Origin: Eutreptiella sp. 'Long Island Sound 2002' | Taxonomy: Eukaryota; Protista; Euglenida | DNA length: 64,000 bases | Assembly: GCA_964036045.1 (NCBI GenBank) | Contig: OZ038378.1 | Location: 176,266,001 to 176,330,000, forward strand | Reading direction: 5' to 3' | Part shown: positions 35,082-49,170 of the stretch, piece by piece | How the letters are laid out: each line of letters starts with the position of its first letter | Position numbering within the stretch: the first letter of the stretch is position 1 | Translations under genes and position numbers: made by a program | The notes under the pieces: model-generated | The model's input: the letters and a program-made list of their open reading frames with translations, nothing else | Told to the model about the DNA's origin: nothing | The model's database searches: none

Positions 35082-37090
35082 CGGCATTGGTGATGAAGCG
35101 AATCTGCCCACACACGGGCCTCTGTTGATTTTGTCCCCCGCTTTGAAGCGTTGGGAACCCCCTAGATGGCAGGGTGATCAAACAAACCTGCCCACATGTG
35201 GGCCACTGCTGATTTTGTCCGTCCCTCCGGAGGGTGGGGCCCAATGCTGATTTAGTCTGCCGCCCTCCCAGACTTTAGAGGTGATGCAGCCAATCCCCCC
35301 ACATGTGTGCCAGTGCTAATCCCCCCCCACCCCCGCGCTATGGGGCGTTCGGGACCCCTAGACGGCAAGGGGTGATGTAGCCCATCTACCCTCAGGTGGG
35401 CCACTACTGATTTTGCCCCCGCTTTGAACCGTTCAGAACCCCCTAGATTGTAGGCCCAAGATTGCAGTGGTGCTGATGCGAATTTGCCCACATATGGGCC
35501 ACTGTTGATTTTGTCCCGTGCACTTAGCGGTGTTGGGGACCCCCCAAATGGCAAGGGTGATGTAGCAAATCTGCCCACATGTGGGGCACTGCCGATCCCC
35601 CCCCCCCCCCGTTGTGAAGTGTTGGGGACCGACCAGGGGTGATGTAGCCGATCTACTCACATGTGGGCGACTGCTAATTTTGTCGCCCGCTTTGAAGCGT
35701 TGATGACCTCCCAAACGGCATTTCTGATGAAGCAAATCTACCCACTCGCGGGCCTCTGCTGATCTTGTCCCCCGCTTTGAAGCGTTGGGTACCCCCTAGA
35801 TGGCAAGGTGATGTAGCCAATCTGCCCACATGTGGGCCATTGCTGATTTTGTCCACCGCGTGGGACCCCTAATGCCGCAAGGGTGACATAGCCAATCTGC
35901 CCACCTCTGGGCCACCGTTGATATCTGAAGCGTTGGGGACTCCCCAGACGGCAGGGGTGATGTCCGCAATCTGCCCACTTGTGGGCCATTGCTGATTTTT
36001 TGCCCCGTTGTAGAGCGTTGGGGACCTCTCAGATGGCAAGGGCAATGTATCTTATCTTCCCACATGTGGGCCACTGGTTATCCCCCCCCCCCTCTTTGAA
36101 GCATTGGGGAACCCCAGGCCGGCAAGGGTGATGTAGCCAATTTGCCCACCTTTGGGCCACTGCTGACTTTGTGCCCTGTTCTCAACCGTTGGGGACCCCC
36201 GAGACAGCACCGGTTATGTCGCCAATCTCCCCACATGTAAGCCATTGCTACCCCCCCCGCTGTGAATCGTTGGGGACCGCCCCTCCCCAGACGGCAGGGT
36301 TAATGTCACCACTCTGCCCACATGTGGGCCACTGCTGATTTTGTCCCCCGCTGTGAAGCTTTGGGGACCCCGCAGACGGCAGGGGCGATGTAGCCAATCC
36401 GCCCAAATGTGGGCCGTTGCTAATTTTGTCCCCTGCTCTGAAGCGCTGGGCACCATCAAGGCGGCGGGCATGATGTCACCAGTCTGCCCACTTGTGGGCC
36501 ACTGCTGATTGTGTCGCCCACTCTGAAGCGTTCAGGGCCCCCCACACGCGAGGGGTGATGTAGCCAATAACTTGGCAGCTGCTGAATTTTGCCCCCGCTC
36601 TAGATAGTTGGGGACCTCCCACACGGCAAGGGTGATATAGCCAATCTGCCCAAATGTGGGCTACCACTCATCTTGTCCCCTGCTCTGATGCGTTTAAGAC
36701 CCCAGGATGGCAGGGGCGATGTAGCCAATTTGTCCACTTTTGGGCCACTGTTGTCCCCCGCTTTGAAGCGTTTGAAACCTCCAAGACGGCAAGGGTGATG
36801 TCGTTAATTTTTCCACATGTGGGCCACTGCCGGTTCTTCCCTCCACTCTTAAGCGTTGGGGATGTTGTAGATGGCACTGGTGATGTGCGCAGTCTGCCCA
36901 CTTGTCGGCCACTTCTGATTTTTCCCCCCACTGTGTAGCGTTTGGGACCTGCTAGACGATAGGAATGATGTAGCCAATATGTCCACCACATGTGGGTTGC
37001 TGCTGATTTTGTCCCCCGCTGTGAAGCGTTGGGGATCCCTAAGACGGCAAGGGTGATGTAGCCAATCTGCCCACCTTTTGTCCCCCGCAC
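35082..37090 (-). repeat. 80-85 bp satellite array, more diverged
   Basis: Same core with more substitutions and no clear 563-bp periodicity. Confidence 0.93.
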
Positions 37091-37431
37091 GGGTCATTCA
37101 AGTGCCTGGTGATGATTTGGAGAGGGTGACTGAGCTTCCTTGCTCTCCACTGTTCCCCCCGCGGCACCTAAGTTCAAGGTGCACTTTCAGAGATTGAGGA
37201 GAGTGTAACGCCACCCCCACCCCGGTCAAAGGTCAGGATGCCGAGACTCATGAGAGTGTTTCGGACACCCCTACCTCGCAAGGCAAGGATGCCTCCTCCG
37301 AGTAAAGTGTGGAAGGCCCCTAGTGTGCAACCTTCCATGGCCACTTCTGCAACAAAGGAGGACACCCGTCCACGGGTCCTTATCTGTGGAAAGCGGCGCA
37401 AGGTGCCAGATAGCTACCCCAAAGTTGTCAG

Positions 37432-37575
37432 CTGCGTGACCAGCTGTTCATTGAGAAGTTGACCAAGTAGCTGGTAGTGGAGTTGCGTGCAGCTTCTTAG
37501 CTAAAAACCAGTCCTAGTGGGAATCCCAAGTCCTCCGACACCAAGATCGACCTGATCTACAAATGTGCATTCTGC
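37432..37575 (+). pseudogene. Possible SAP-like domain remnant
   Basis: LRDQLFIEKLTK*LVVELRAAS*LKTSPSGNPKSSDTKIDLIYK resembles the L..V.EL....G.K.DLI pattern; two stops. Confidence 0.25.
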
Positions 37576-38546
37576 AACTACTTGTAGCTGGTGCATTTTT
37601 TGTTGGCATTTTACCTTACTATATTTCCCCCGGCCTTTTTCGTGTCCCAAAGGTAGAGCCTGTAGATATGCTTCTATAATGATCCCATCCCAGTGCCTTC
37701 TTCGCCACGGAGAGTATTTCCATTTGCCCCATTGGCTGTCGCGGTCTTTCCACAGGATGCAGAAGCCTCTGGGCCTTCAAGCATCTGAGTGGATGTCCTT
37801 TTTGCCCCAATCTGAATTAAATGGTGGCACTAATATTGGCTATGGCCTTGACAGAACTCTTTTCTTGAGCCTGATTTTGTTCCTAGTGCTGGCACACCGA
37901 TGTTGGCCATGGCCCTGTCGGGACTCTTTTCTTGAGCCTGATTTTGTTTCTAGTGCCAATTACACCATGTGATACTATTTTATATTGGCCGAGTCCCCAC
38001 TAATTGGTGGCCATATAGACTACTTTGTGCTTTGTGGACAGGGCGTCCCATCGTTAAGGTCGCTATGGGGTGCCGTACGGAACCAGCAATTGTACATATT
38101 GATCACGTATTGCAAAAGTTGCATTTTTTTTTTCAATTTTCCAATTTCTTTTGTAATTACACAGCTTACCGCAAAAAAAAAATACATGATTTTCCCGTAA
38201 AAGAAAAATTACATGACATGATGATTTTTTTTAATACATGAGCCACATTTTTCACAGCTTCAATGGCATTTGTAACAGTAACTCCCCCCAACCGCTTTGG
38301 CAACCTCCTCCAACCGCTTTGGCAACCGCCTGTCGGACCGCTTCTGGGGCCACCTCCGAGGTCCCTTCTCTTCTAATGCATCCCTGCCCCCCCCCCCCCC
38401 TTGTGAAAACTGGGTTGAAAATAAACCCTCTAGATTTTATACTCTTTAGCAATTATTACCGATTTGCGCTCACACCCGTCCTTTTTTTTGTGCGCGCAGG
38501 GAATTATTAGAATGTCTCGCTCAATAGTGGTATTGCATACTTAGAT

Positions 38547-38998
38547 TGAAGGGGCTGTTGCTTTCATCCCATCAACCCCGCAGAAGACAGGGATGGTGCC
38601 CCAGCCTCCAGAGCGTTCTCCGCCAGTCCTCCTTTGTAAGGGGGAGGGGGATCCGGGCCTTCAGTACCCACCCACGCAGACCAAGTTGAGGTACCCAGCC
38701 AGATCTCCCCCCTCTCCAGCACCCACCCACCACCTCATAAACAAACATATCTTGGGGGCCGGGCCCCAAATACCGACTGAGATGACCCTGGACGCCAATG
38801 TTCGGAAAAACTGAAAATGGTGTTTTTGGCATGAGTGCGACGAGGGATTCAGAAAAATCCTCATTTGCCTAGTATTTGGTGGAATGCATTCCAACAACGA
38901 CTTTTGACCCTCAAAAACATTTTGGCGCCTTCATTTATAGTCACGAACTAATGGCCCGGGTCACTGAGCCCTTGGCCTGGACCCATCCAGCCACCAAC
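38547..38998 (+). repeat. About 440-bp interspersed repeat, copy 2
   Basis: Highly similar to 22427-22860. Confidence 0.9.
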
Positions 38999-39611
38999 AG
39001 ATTGCAAAAGAAAACTACGTAAACTACGTAATATCCACGTCCAACTTGCTGGGTGTTATTTCTGTTCGCGGAAAAAACATTCAAACCCAAGAACGCTACC
39101 AAATTGAAAAATGGCGTTGGGGTTCGGGTTGACAACCTTGCAGGGGTCCTTTGATCTTCTAATCTAAGTACAGCAAGATTATCTTGAGACTGCGTGCCAG
39201 TTTTCACTACAACAGAAAAACACCCGTCTTTTCCTTTTTACCGCGAAAGCGCGGCACGTTCAAAAACGTTTCTGGGAGACTCTTTCTAACCGAAATTCAG
39301 TTTATGTCCTTTATATATGCTCGACGTAGCCTCCCTAATAGGAACAAGAGCTTCACTAGGGCCTCCTAGGCTAACTAACCAGCTATTTGGCAGGCGCATT
39401 TTTCCTTTTTTTTCCGGATTGGTATTGTTTGCAAATTTGGACGAGGGGTGACATTTTTTGCCCAAAAGCACGAACAATAAGAATTGCGATTTGATCTTTG
39501 GAGGATTGGTGACCCCGCTGCTATATCTTGTTGAACTCCACCAAATTTGTTGTCAGGTTGCCAGTTCCAAGATGATGCGGCGTCACTCCTCAACAACAGC
39601 CAGGAAATTGG

Positions 39612-40898
39612 GTGCATGGATATATATGTATATATATATATATATATATATGTACTTTTGGGTGCGTTATGGTTTGTGGTTTGCATCTGGTATGTGGTCG
39701 TTACTTTTCGACACCGAAACGCAGCGTCAAATTCGAGCGCACCGCGGAAGCTTACGCAGATATCACCAGCAACCGTATTCACAAGACAGCGGCCAAGCCT
39801 CTCATGATGAGACACAGTCGTGGTGGCATCGATCACAACGCCGTGCGCCATCATGAAGTGGACAAGGAGCCGCGAACCGCCGCCGAGCCACTGGCCCAGG
39901 CGGCTGCAAATGGCACTTGGCTAGTTACTGGCGCGGCTGGCTTCATCGGATTCCACACAATTCAGCAACTGGCAAGTCATAAAAATTCGGTGGTCGGCAT
40001 CGACAGCTTCAACTCGGACTACTCGCCGCCGCTCAAATTTAAGCGCGCTAGTTTACTCACTTCGCAGTTTCCCGATAAAGTGCGGATCATTCACGGCAGC
40101 GCCTGCGAAGAAGAGCTGCTGTCGCGTGTGCTGCGTGAACACAAAGTGGTACGACTGCTGCACTTGGCTGCGCAGGTGGGCGTGCGTGACTCGCCCCATT
40201 ACCCTCTCACTTACGAACGCAACAACGTGCGCTGCTTCATATCGCTGTTGGAAACTCTGCGGAGCGATCAGCCCACGCTGCCCCTCGTGTACACCTCTTC
40301 GTCGAGCGTGTATGGCTTGAACAGACCCAAAGTCAAAAGTAATAGGAACATCACCGACTGGCCAGCCAGCGTGCGTGCTTCGACGAAGCGAAGCAACGAA
40401 ATGACTGCGACGAGGTATCACAGCCTTTATGGCCTGCGGCTGACCGGGCTGCGCTTTTTCACAGTGTACGGCGAGTACGGCAGGCCCAACATGGCCTACT
40501 TCAGCTTTTCAGACCGCATTTTCCGCAACGACACCATCCAACTCTACAATGGCGGCCAAAGCATGCGTGATTATACACACGTGTCTGACATTGTTTCTGG
40601 AATAATCGCAGCCGTCCAGAAAAGTGACAACTTCGACAACGAGGTGTTCGACCTGGGCAATGGCCACCCCCACTCCGTCTCAGAGCTGTGGTCCTTGCTG
40701 ACTCAGAGTCTCGCACTGAAGTACGACCACGTTTCGCTGGTGCAAGGCAAACCAAAGGGCGAGATTTTGAAGACGTACACGTCCGTGGACAAAGCGCAGA
40801 GACTGCTCGGCTATGAGCCCAATGTGTCACTGCAAGAAGGCGTCGCTCGCTTCGCCAAGTGGTATGTGCAAGAGTACCACGACTGTGTCTCATCATGA
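39612..40898 (+). pseudogene. UDP-glucuronate 4-epimerase-like extended SDR, intronless, probably non-functional
   Basis: WLVTGAAGFIG, HLAAQVGVR, SSSSVYGLN, GLRFFTVYGEYGRPNMAYF, RDYTHVSDIV, LGYEP..L.EG..RF.KWY. YxxxK reads RASTK; stop codon lies in the inverted arm; N-terminus disturbed by (TA)n. Confidence 0.8.
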
Positions 40899-41044
40899 GA
40901 GGCTTGGCCGCTGTCTTGTGAATACGGTTGCTGGTGATATCTGCGTAAGCTTCCGCGGTGCGCTCGAATTTGACGATGCGTTTCGGTGTCGAAAAGTAAC
41001 GACCACATACCAGATGCAAACCACAAACCATAACGCACCCAAAA

Positions 41045-41083
<39 letters not shown>

Positions 41084-43629
41084 TATCCATGCACCCAATT
41101 TCCTGGCTGTTGTTGAGGAGTGACGCCGCATCATCTTGGAACTGGCAACCTGACAACAAATTTGGTGGAGTTCAACAAGATATAGCAGCGGGGTCACCAA
41201 TCCTCCAAAGATCAAATCGCAATTCTTATTGTTCGTGCTTTTGGGCAAAAAATGTCACTCCTCGTCCAAATTTGCAAACAATACCAATCCGGAAAAAAAA
41301 GGAAAAATGCGCCTGCCAAATAGCTGGTTAGTTAGCCTAGGAGGCCCTAGTGAAGCTCTTGTTCCTATTAGGGAGGCTACGTCGAGCATATATAAAGGAC
41401 ATAAACTGAATTTCGGTTAGAAAGAGTCTCCCAGAAACGTTTTTGAACGTGCCGCGCTTTCGCGGTAAAAAGGAAAAGACGGGTGTTTTTCTGTTGTAGT
41501 GAAAACTGGCACTCAGTCTCAAGATAATCTTGCTGTACCTAGATTAGAAGATCAAAGGACCCCTGCAAGGTTGTCAACCCGAACCCCAACGCCATTTTTC
41601 AATTTGGTAGCGTTCTTGGGTTTGAATGTTTTTTCCGCGAACAGAAATAACACCCAGCAAGTTGGACGTGGATATTTACGTAGTGCGCAGTACGTATGAA
41701 TCCGAGCCGAGTTTTTCTGTTGCAATCTGTTGGTGGCTGGATGGGTCCAGGCCAAGGGCTCATTGACCCGGGCCATTAGTTCGTGACTATAAATGAAGGC
41801 GCCAAAATGTTTTTGAGGGTCAAAAGTCGTTGTTGGAATGCATTCCACCAAATACTAGGCAAATGAGGATTTTTCTGAATCCCTCGTCGCACTCATGCCA
41901 AAAACACCATTTTCAGTTTTTCCGAACATTGGCGTCCAGGGTCATCTCAGTCGGTATTTGGGGCCCGGCCCCCAAGATATTTTTGTTTATGAGGTGGTGG
42001 GTGAGTGCTGGAGGGGGGGGAGATCTGGCTGGGTACCTCAACTTGGTCTGCGTGGGTGGGTACTGAAGGCCCGGATCCCCCTCCCCCTTACAAAGGAGGA
42101 CTGGCGGAGAACGCTCCGGAGGCTGGGGCACCATCCCTGTCTTCTGCGGGGTTGATGGGATGAAAGCAACAGCCCCTTCAATCTAAGTATGCAATACCAC
42201 TATTGAGCGAGACATTCTAATAATTCCCTGCGCGCACAAAAAAAAGGACGGGTGTGAGCGCAAATCGGTAATAATTGCTAAAGAGTATAAAATCTAGAGG
42301 GTTTATTTTCAACCCAGTTTTCACAAGGGGGGGGGGGGGCAGGGATGCATTAGAAGAGAAGGGACCTCGGAGGTGGCCCCAGAAGCGGTCGGACGGGCGG
42401 TTGCCAAAGCGGTTGGAGGAGGTTGCCAAAGCGGTTGGGGGGAGTTACTGTTAGTTACAAATGCCATTGAAGCTGTGAAAAATGTGGCTCATGTATTAAA
42501 AAAAATCATCATGTCATGTAATTTTTCTTTTACGGGAAAATCATGTATTTTTTTTTTGCGGTAAGCTGTGTAATTACAAAAGAAATTGGAAAATTGAAAA
42601 AAAAATGCAACTTTTGCAATACGTGATCAATATGTACAATTGCCGGTTCCGTACGGCACCCCATAGCAACCTTAACGACGGGACGCCCTGTCCACAAAGC
42701 ACAAAGTAGTCTATATGGCCACCAATTAGTGGGGACTCGGCCAATATAACATAGTATCACATGGTGTAATTGGCACTAGAAACAAAATCAGGCTCAAGAA
42801 AAGAGTCCCGACAGGGCCATGGCCAACATCGGTGTGCCAGCACTAGGAACAAAATCAGGCTCAAGAAAAGAGTTCTGTCAAGGCCATAGCCAATATTAGT
42901 GCCACCATTTAATTCAGATTGGGGCAAAAAGGACATCCACTCAGATGCTTGAAGGCCCAGAGGCTTCTGCATCCTGTGGAAAGACCGCGACAGCCAATGG
43001 GGCAAATGGAAATACTCTCCGTGGCGAAGAAGGCACTGGGATGGGATCATTATAGAAGCATATCTACAGGCTCTACCTTTGGGACACGAAAAAGGCCGGG
43101 GGAAATATAGTAAGGTAAAATGCCAACAAAAAATGCACCAGCTACAAGTAGTTGCAGAATGCACATTTGTAGATCAGGTCGATCTTGGTGTCGGAGGACT
43201 TGGGATTCCCACTAGGACTGGTTTTTAGCTAAGAAGCTGCACGCAACTCCACTACCAGCTACTTGGTCAACTTCTCAATGAACAGCTGGTCACGCAGCTG
43301 ACAACTTTGGGGTAGCTATCTGGCACCTTGCGCCGCTTTCCACAGATAAGGACCCGTGGACGGGTGTCCTCCTTTGTTGCAGAAGTGGCCATGGAAGGTT
43401 GCACACTAGGGGCCTTCCACACTTTACTCGGAGGAGGCATCCTTGCCTTGCGGGTGTCCGAAACACTCTCATGAGTCTCGGCATCCTGACCTTTGACCGG
43501 GGTGGGGGTGGCGTTACACTCTCCTCAATCTCTGAAAGTGCACCTTGAACTTAGGTGCCGCGGGGGGAACAGTGGAGAGCAAGGAAGCTCAGTCACCCTC
43601 TCCAAATCATCACCAGGCACTTGAATGAC

Positions 43630-45640
43630 CCGTGCGGGGGACAAAAGGTGGGCAGATTGGCTACATCACCCTTGCCGTCTTAGGGATCCCCAACGCTTCA
43701 CAGCGGGGGACAAAATCAGCAGCAACCCACATGTGGTGGACATATTGGCTACATCATTCCTATCGTCTAGCAGGTCCCAAACGCTACACAGTGGGGGAAA
43801 AAATCAGAAGTGGCCGACAAGTGGGCAGACTGCGCACATCACCAGTGCCATCTACAACATCCCCAACGCTTAAGAGTGGAGGGAAGAACCGGCAGTGGCC
43901 CACATGTGGAAAAATTAACGACATCACCCTTGCCGTCTTGGAGGTTTCAAACGCTTCAAAGCGGGGGACAACAGTGGCCCAAAAGTGGACAAATTGGCTA
44001 CATCGCCCCTGCCATCCTGGGGTCTTAAACGCATCAGAGCAGGGGACAAGATGAGTGGTAGCCCACATGTGGGCAGATTGGCTATATCACCCTTGCCGTG
44101 TGGGAGGTCCCCAACTATCTAGAGCGGGGGCAAAATTCAGCAGCTGCCAAGTTATTGGCTACATCACCCCTCGCGTGTGGGGGGCCCTGAACGCTTCAGA
44201 GTGGGCGACACAATCAGCAGTGGCCCACAAGTGGGCAGACTGGTGACATCATGCCCGCCGCCTTGAAGGTGCCCAGCGCTTCAGAGCAGGGGACAAAATT
44301 AGCAACGGCCCACATTTGGGCGGATTGGCTACATCGCCCCTGCCGTCTGCGGGGTCCCCAAAGCTTCACAGCGGGGGACAAAATCAGCAGTGGCCCACAT
44401 GTGGGCAGAGTGGTGACATTAACCCTGCCGTCTGGGGAGGGGCGGTCCCCAACGATTCACAGCGGGGGGGGGGTAGCAATGGCTTACATGTGGGGAGATT
44501 GGCGACATAACCGGTGCTGTCTCGGGGGTCCCCAACGGTTGAGAACAGGGGACAAAGTCAGCAGTGGCCCAAAGGTGGGCAAATTGGCTACATCACCCTT
44601 GCCGGCCTGGGGTTCCCCAATGCTTCAAAGAGGGGGGGGGGGATAACCAGTGGCCCACATGTGGGAAGATAAGATACATTGCCCTTGCCATCTGAGAGGT
44701 CCCCAACGCTCTACAGCGGGGCAAAAAATCAGCAATGGCCCACAAGTGGGCAGATTGCGGACATCACCCCTGCCGTCTGGGGAGTCCCCAACGCTTCAGA
44801 TATCAACGGTGGCCCAGAGGTGGGCAGATTGGCTATGTCACCCTTGCGGCATTAGGGGTCCCAAGCGGTGGACAAAATCAGCAATGGCCCACATGTGGGC
44901 AGATTGGCTACATCACCTTGCCATCTAGGGGGTACCCAACGCTTCAAAGCGGGGGACAAGATCAGCAGAGGCCCGCGAGTGGGTAGATTTGCTTCATCAG
45001 AAATGCCGTTTGGGAGGTCATCAACGCTTCAAAGCGGGCGACAAAATTAGCAGTCGCCCACATGTGAGTAGATCGGCTACATCACCCCTGGTCGGTCCCC
45101 AACACTTCACAACGGGGGGGGGGGGATCGGCAGTGCCCCACATGTGGGTAGATTTGCTACATCACCCTTGCCATTTGGGGGGTCCCCAACACCGCTAAGT
45201 GCACGGGACAAAATCAACAGTGGCCCATATGTGGGCAAATTCGCATCAGCACCACTGCAATCTTGGGCCTACAATCTAGGGGGTTCTGAACGGTTCAAAG
45301 CGGGGGCAAAATCAGTAGTGGCCCACCTGAGGGTAGATGGGCTACATCACCCCTTGCCGTCTAGGGGTCCCGAACGCCCCATAGCGCGGGGGTGGGGGGG
45401 GATTAGCACTGGCACACATGTGGGGGGATTGGCTGCATCACCTCTAAAGTCTGGGAGGGCGGCAGACTAAATCAGCATTGGGCCCCACCCTCCGGAGGGA
45501 CGGACAAAATCAGCAGTGGCCCACATGTGGGCAGGTTTGTTTGATCACCCTGCCATCTAGGGGGTTCCCAACGCTTCAAAGCGGGGGACAAAATCAACAG
45601 AGGCCCATGTGTGGGCAGATTCGCTTCATCACCAATGCCG
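43630..45640 (+). repeat. 80-85 bp satellite array (mirror of 35082-37090)
   Basis: Direct reading of units. Confidence 0.93.
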
Positions 45641-45961
45641 CTTGGGAGCCTCAACATGGTCAGCTTGCAGTGTCCGCATTTGGCTCTGGCCACGCCTGCC
45701 CCGCAACTGTCATTGGCTTCTGTCCTTGGTGCCAATGTACGGCGCTTCTGCTGGGCGTTCGGTGAGCCGGTGCTCGTCCCTCGACCCTGCCTCCACTAGC
45801 TACACGGGTGCTTCGGGCTCTATTGGGTTAGGCGTACATACCGGTCATGGGTCACTCCCTCCCCGTGTTGCTACGTCAGGTGGCCCCATTTGGCCTCACG
45901 TGGTTAGGCTTGTACACGGCCTTGGGTTGAAAATCCCAATGGGTTCAGGTCTGGTTAAAGT

Positions 45962-47371
45962 CGGTTTACACACAACATGCAACATTCAGGGGGTGAAACA
46001 GCGCGACCCTCCCGTGTTGCATGACACCGTGGAAGCCGTGGAGAGAGAGGTCGGCGCGGACTCGTCCGAGCAGACCTCCTGTGACGAGGTCGAAAAGCTG
46101 AGATTGCGGGTGAGGGGGGGTTCCTCGCCCTCCATTGCCACCAGCTCCAGCGATGCCAGCACTTGTATGGACGCCTAGGGCGACATGGGGGAGAAGGGAT
46201 GTGGAGTGCAGAGCGATGTGCGTGTCGGCCCCGCTTGGTATGGCGTGGCGGCCGTGGCGCACGTGGAGGGGGTCCGGTCAGTCCTACTTGCCCTACCGGG
46301 GTGCACTACAGACCACGGTGCATCAGTCCCTAGCGTGGGCCTCCCAGCCCTTTTGGGGACTTGAACCGGGGTGCCATTTTCGATGTCCCACAGTGGCGCT
46401 CGCGACGGTGGCTGTGACTTCTCCGGCAGTGGCTAGTTGTGTCGCCGGCGGCGTGTCGGCTCCCTCCACTGCGGGTGGGGCCTAGTCTGGCTATGACATT
46501 TGTCGTTCCCCCCAGCCCCAAATGGATTCTTCCTCCGGGTCTGGGCCCTCATCCTGCTGGGGAAACTTGCCCGAATAGCAAGGGGGAGCGGCACCGTCCC
46601 ACATCAGCCTAGTGGTCCACCCGTTCATTGCCTTTGATGCCAATATGGGAGGGGATGTGCAGCCACTTTACCGCCTCTCCTAATGCTCGAACAGGTCCAG
46701 AATCGCTGTCCACAGGTCCACATGTTTAACTGCACCGGACGTGTTTTGCCATTTGTGTTGGCGCCACTGCTGTGCCCAACCCAGCACACAATTGACCACT
46801 AGCAGTGAGTCTGGGCAGGTGAGGGAGCAGTGACATGCCCGGTGCCCCTGCAGGCTGCATAGCGCTGCCCGCAATTCGCCCCGGTTGTTGGTTGGGTCCC
46901 CCAAAAAAAGAATGTACTCCGCCACATCGCGATGGTCCCCAAAGGACACACCATACCCCCCGACCCACCCTTTCTCCGGAGGTTTTTCAGAGGAGCCATC
47001 CGGGTAGATGATGTCCCATCCCTGGTTTCTATATGAGCTGATGATTGTTGCATACTAGGCCGCTAGGGCCGCGGTGTTGTCGAATGTTTTCTTCCTTTTG
47101 CGTGCTGGGACGAACAGTTTTGGGGGGGAGCATGTGTTTGGCACTGCCATCTTGGGGTGCTGCAGCACTATGTTGGATTTGAGCGCATGCACCAGTACAG
47201 CAATTTCTCCCTCGGCAAAGTCGGGGTGGGGTGCTCCTCGCGGTCCTGCAGAACCTTCACCCACAGGGTTAGGGAGAGGTCCCACGTGGGGCGGCCCATA
47301 CGGCCGTTGTGCTTGTGCATGCATCGGTCGGACAACACCGCCCTTACCGCTGACCATAGTGTGACGCCAGG
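45962..47371 (-). mobile_element. Mirror copy of the RNase H retroelement fragment
   Basis: Reverse complement of 33351-34760. Confidence 0.8.
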
Positions 47372-49170
47372 CAAAGCGAGGGGCAAAATCAGTAGTGGCC
47401 CACATGCATGCAGATTGGCTACATCACCCGTGGCATGTGGGTGGTCCCCAACGCTTCAAAGCGGGGGAGAAAATAAGCTGTGGCCCACATGAGGGCAGAT
47501 TGGCTACATCACCCCTTACCGTCTAGGGGCCCCCCATCGCCCCATAGCACGGGGGTGGGGGGGATCAACACTTGCACACATGTGGGCAGATTGGCTACAT
47601 CACCCCTGCAGTATAGGAGGGTCGCAAGGCTTGAGAGCGGGGGACAAAATCAACTGTGTTCCCCCACCCTACAAAGCGAGGGACAAAATCAGCAAAGGCC
47701 CACATGTGGGCAGATTCGATTTTCGTCATCCTTACCATCTAGGGGGTTCCCAATGCTTCACAGTGGGGTACAAAATCAGCAGTGGCCCGCATGTGGGCAG
47801 ATGGGCTACATCACCCTTGCTGTCCGGGGTGTGCCCAACACTTCACAGCGGGGGGGGAAATTAGTAGTGGCCTACATGTGGGCAGATTCGCTTCATCACC
47901 ACTGCCATCTGCCGTATGGGGGGTTCCGAACGGTTCATAGCGGGGGGCAAAATCAGCAGTGGCCCACATGCATGCAGATTGGCTATCACCTGTGGCATCT
48001 AGGTGGTCCCCAATGCTTCAAAGCGGGGGACAAAATCAGCAATGGCCCACATGAGGGCAGATTGGCTACATCACCCCTTGCGGTCTAAGGGGCCCCCCAT
48101 CGCCCCATAGCGCGGGGGTGGGGGGGATCAACACTTGCACACATGTGGGCAGATTGGCTACATCACCCCTGCAATATAGGAGGGTCGCAAGGCTTGAGAG
48201 CGGGGGACAAAATCAACTGTGTTCCCCCACCCTACAAAGCGAGGGACAAAATCAGCAAAGGCCCACATGTGGGCAGATTCGATTTTCGTCATCCTTACCG
48301 TCTAGGGGGTTGCCAACGCCTCAAAGCAGGGGACAAAATCAGTAGTGGCCCGCATGTGGGCAGATGGGCTACATCACCCTTGCCGTTCGGGGTGTGCCCA
48401 ACACTTCACAGCGGGGGAAAAAATCAGCAGTGGCCTACATGTGGGCAGATTCGCTTCATCACCACAGCCGTCCGCCATATGGGGGGTTCCGAACGGTTCA
48501 TAGCGGGGGACAAAATCAGCAGTGGCCCACATGCATGCAGATTGGCTGCATCACCCGTGGCATCTGGGTGGTCCCCAACGCTTGAAAGCGGGGGACAAAA
48601 TCAGCAGTGGCCCACATGAGGGCAGATTGGCTACATCACCCCTTGCCGTCTAGGGGGTCCCCAACACCTCATAGAACGGGAGGGGGGGGGGGGGGCAGCA
48701 ATGTCACACATGCGGGAAGATGGCTACATCACCCCTGCAGTATAGGAGGGCTGCAAGGCTTGAGAGCGGGGGACAAAATCAACTGTGTTCCCCCACCCTA
48801 CAAAGCGAGGGACAAAATCAGCAGTGGCCCACATGTGGGCAGATTCAATTTTCATCATCCTTACCGTCTAGGGGGTTGCCAACGCTTCAAAGCAGGGGAC
48901 AAAATCAGCAGTGGCCCGCATGTGGGCAGATGGGCTTCATCACCCTTGCCCTCCGTGGTGTGCCCAATGCTTCACAGCGCGGGGGGGGGGGGATCAGTAG
49001 TGGCCTACATGTGGGCAGATTCACTTCATCACCACTGCCGTGCGCCGTATGGGGGGTTCCGAACAGATCAAAGCGGGGGACAAAATCAGCAGGGGCCCAC
49101 ATGAGGGCAGATTGGCTACATCACCCCTTGTCGTCTAGGGGGTCCCCAACACCTCATAGAACGGGAGGGG
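47372..49170 (+). repeat. 80-85 bp satellite array (mirror of 32113-33350 plus an extra unit of about 560 bp)
   Basis: Near-identical blocks at about 47480-48040 and 48040-48600. Confidence 0.93.

Larger units (their letters stand above)
31508..39824 (+). repeat. Left arm (A) of large inverted duplication
   Basis: Reverse complement of 40876-49775; ends tggttggcctagtg.. (31508) and ..gacacagtcgtggt (39824); mirrored ORF pairs throughout. Confidence 0.97.
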
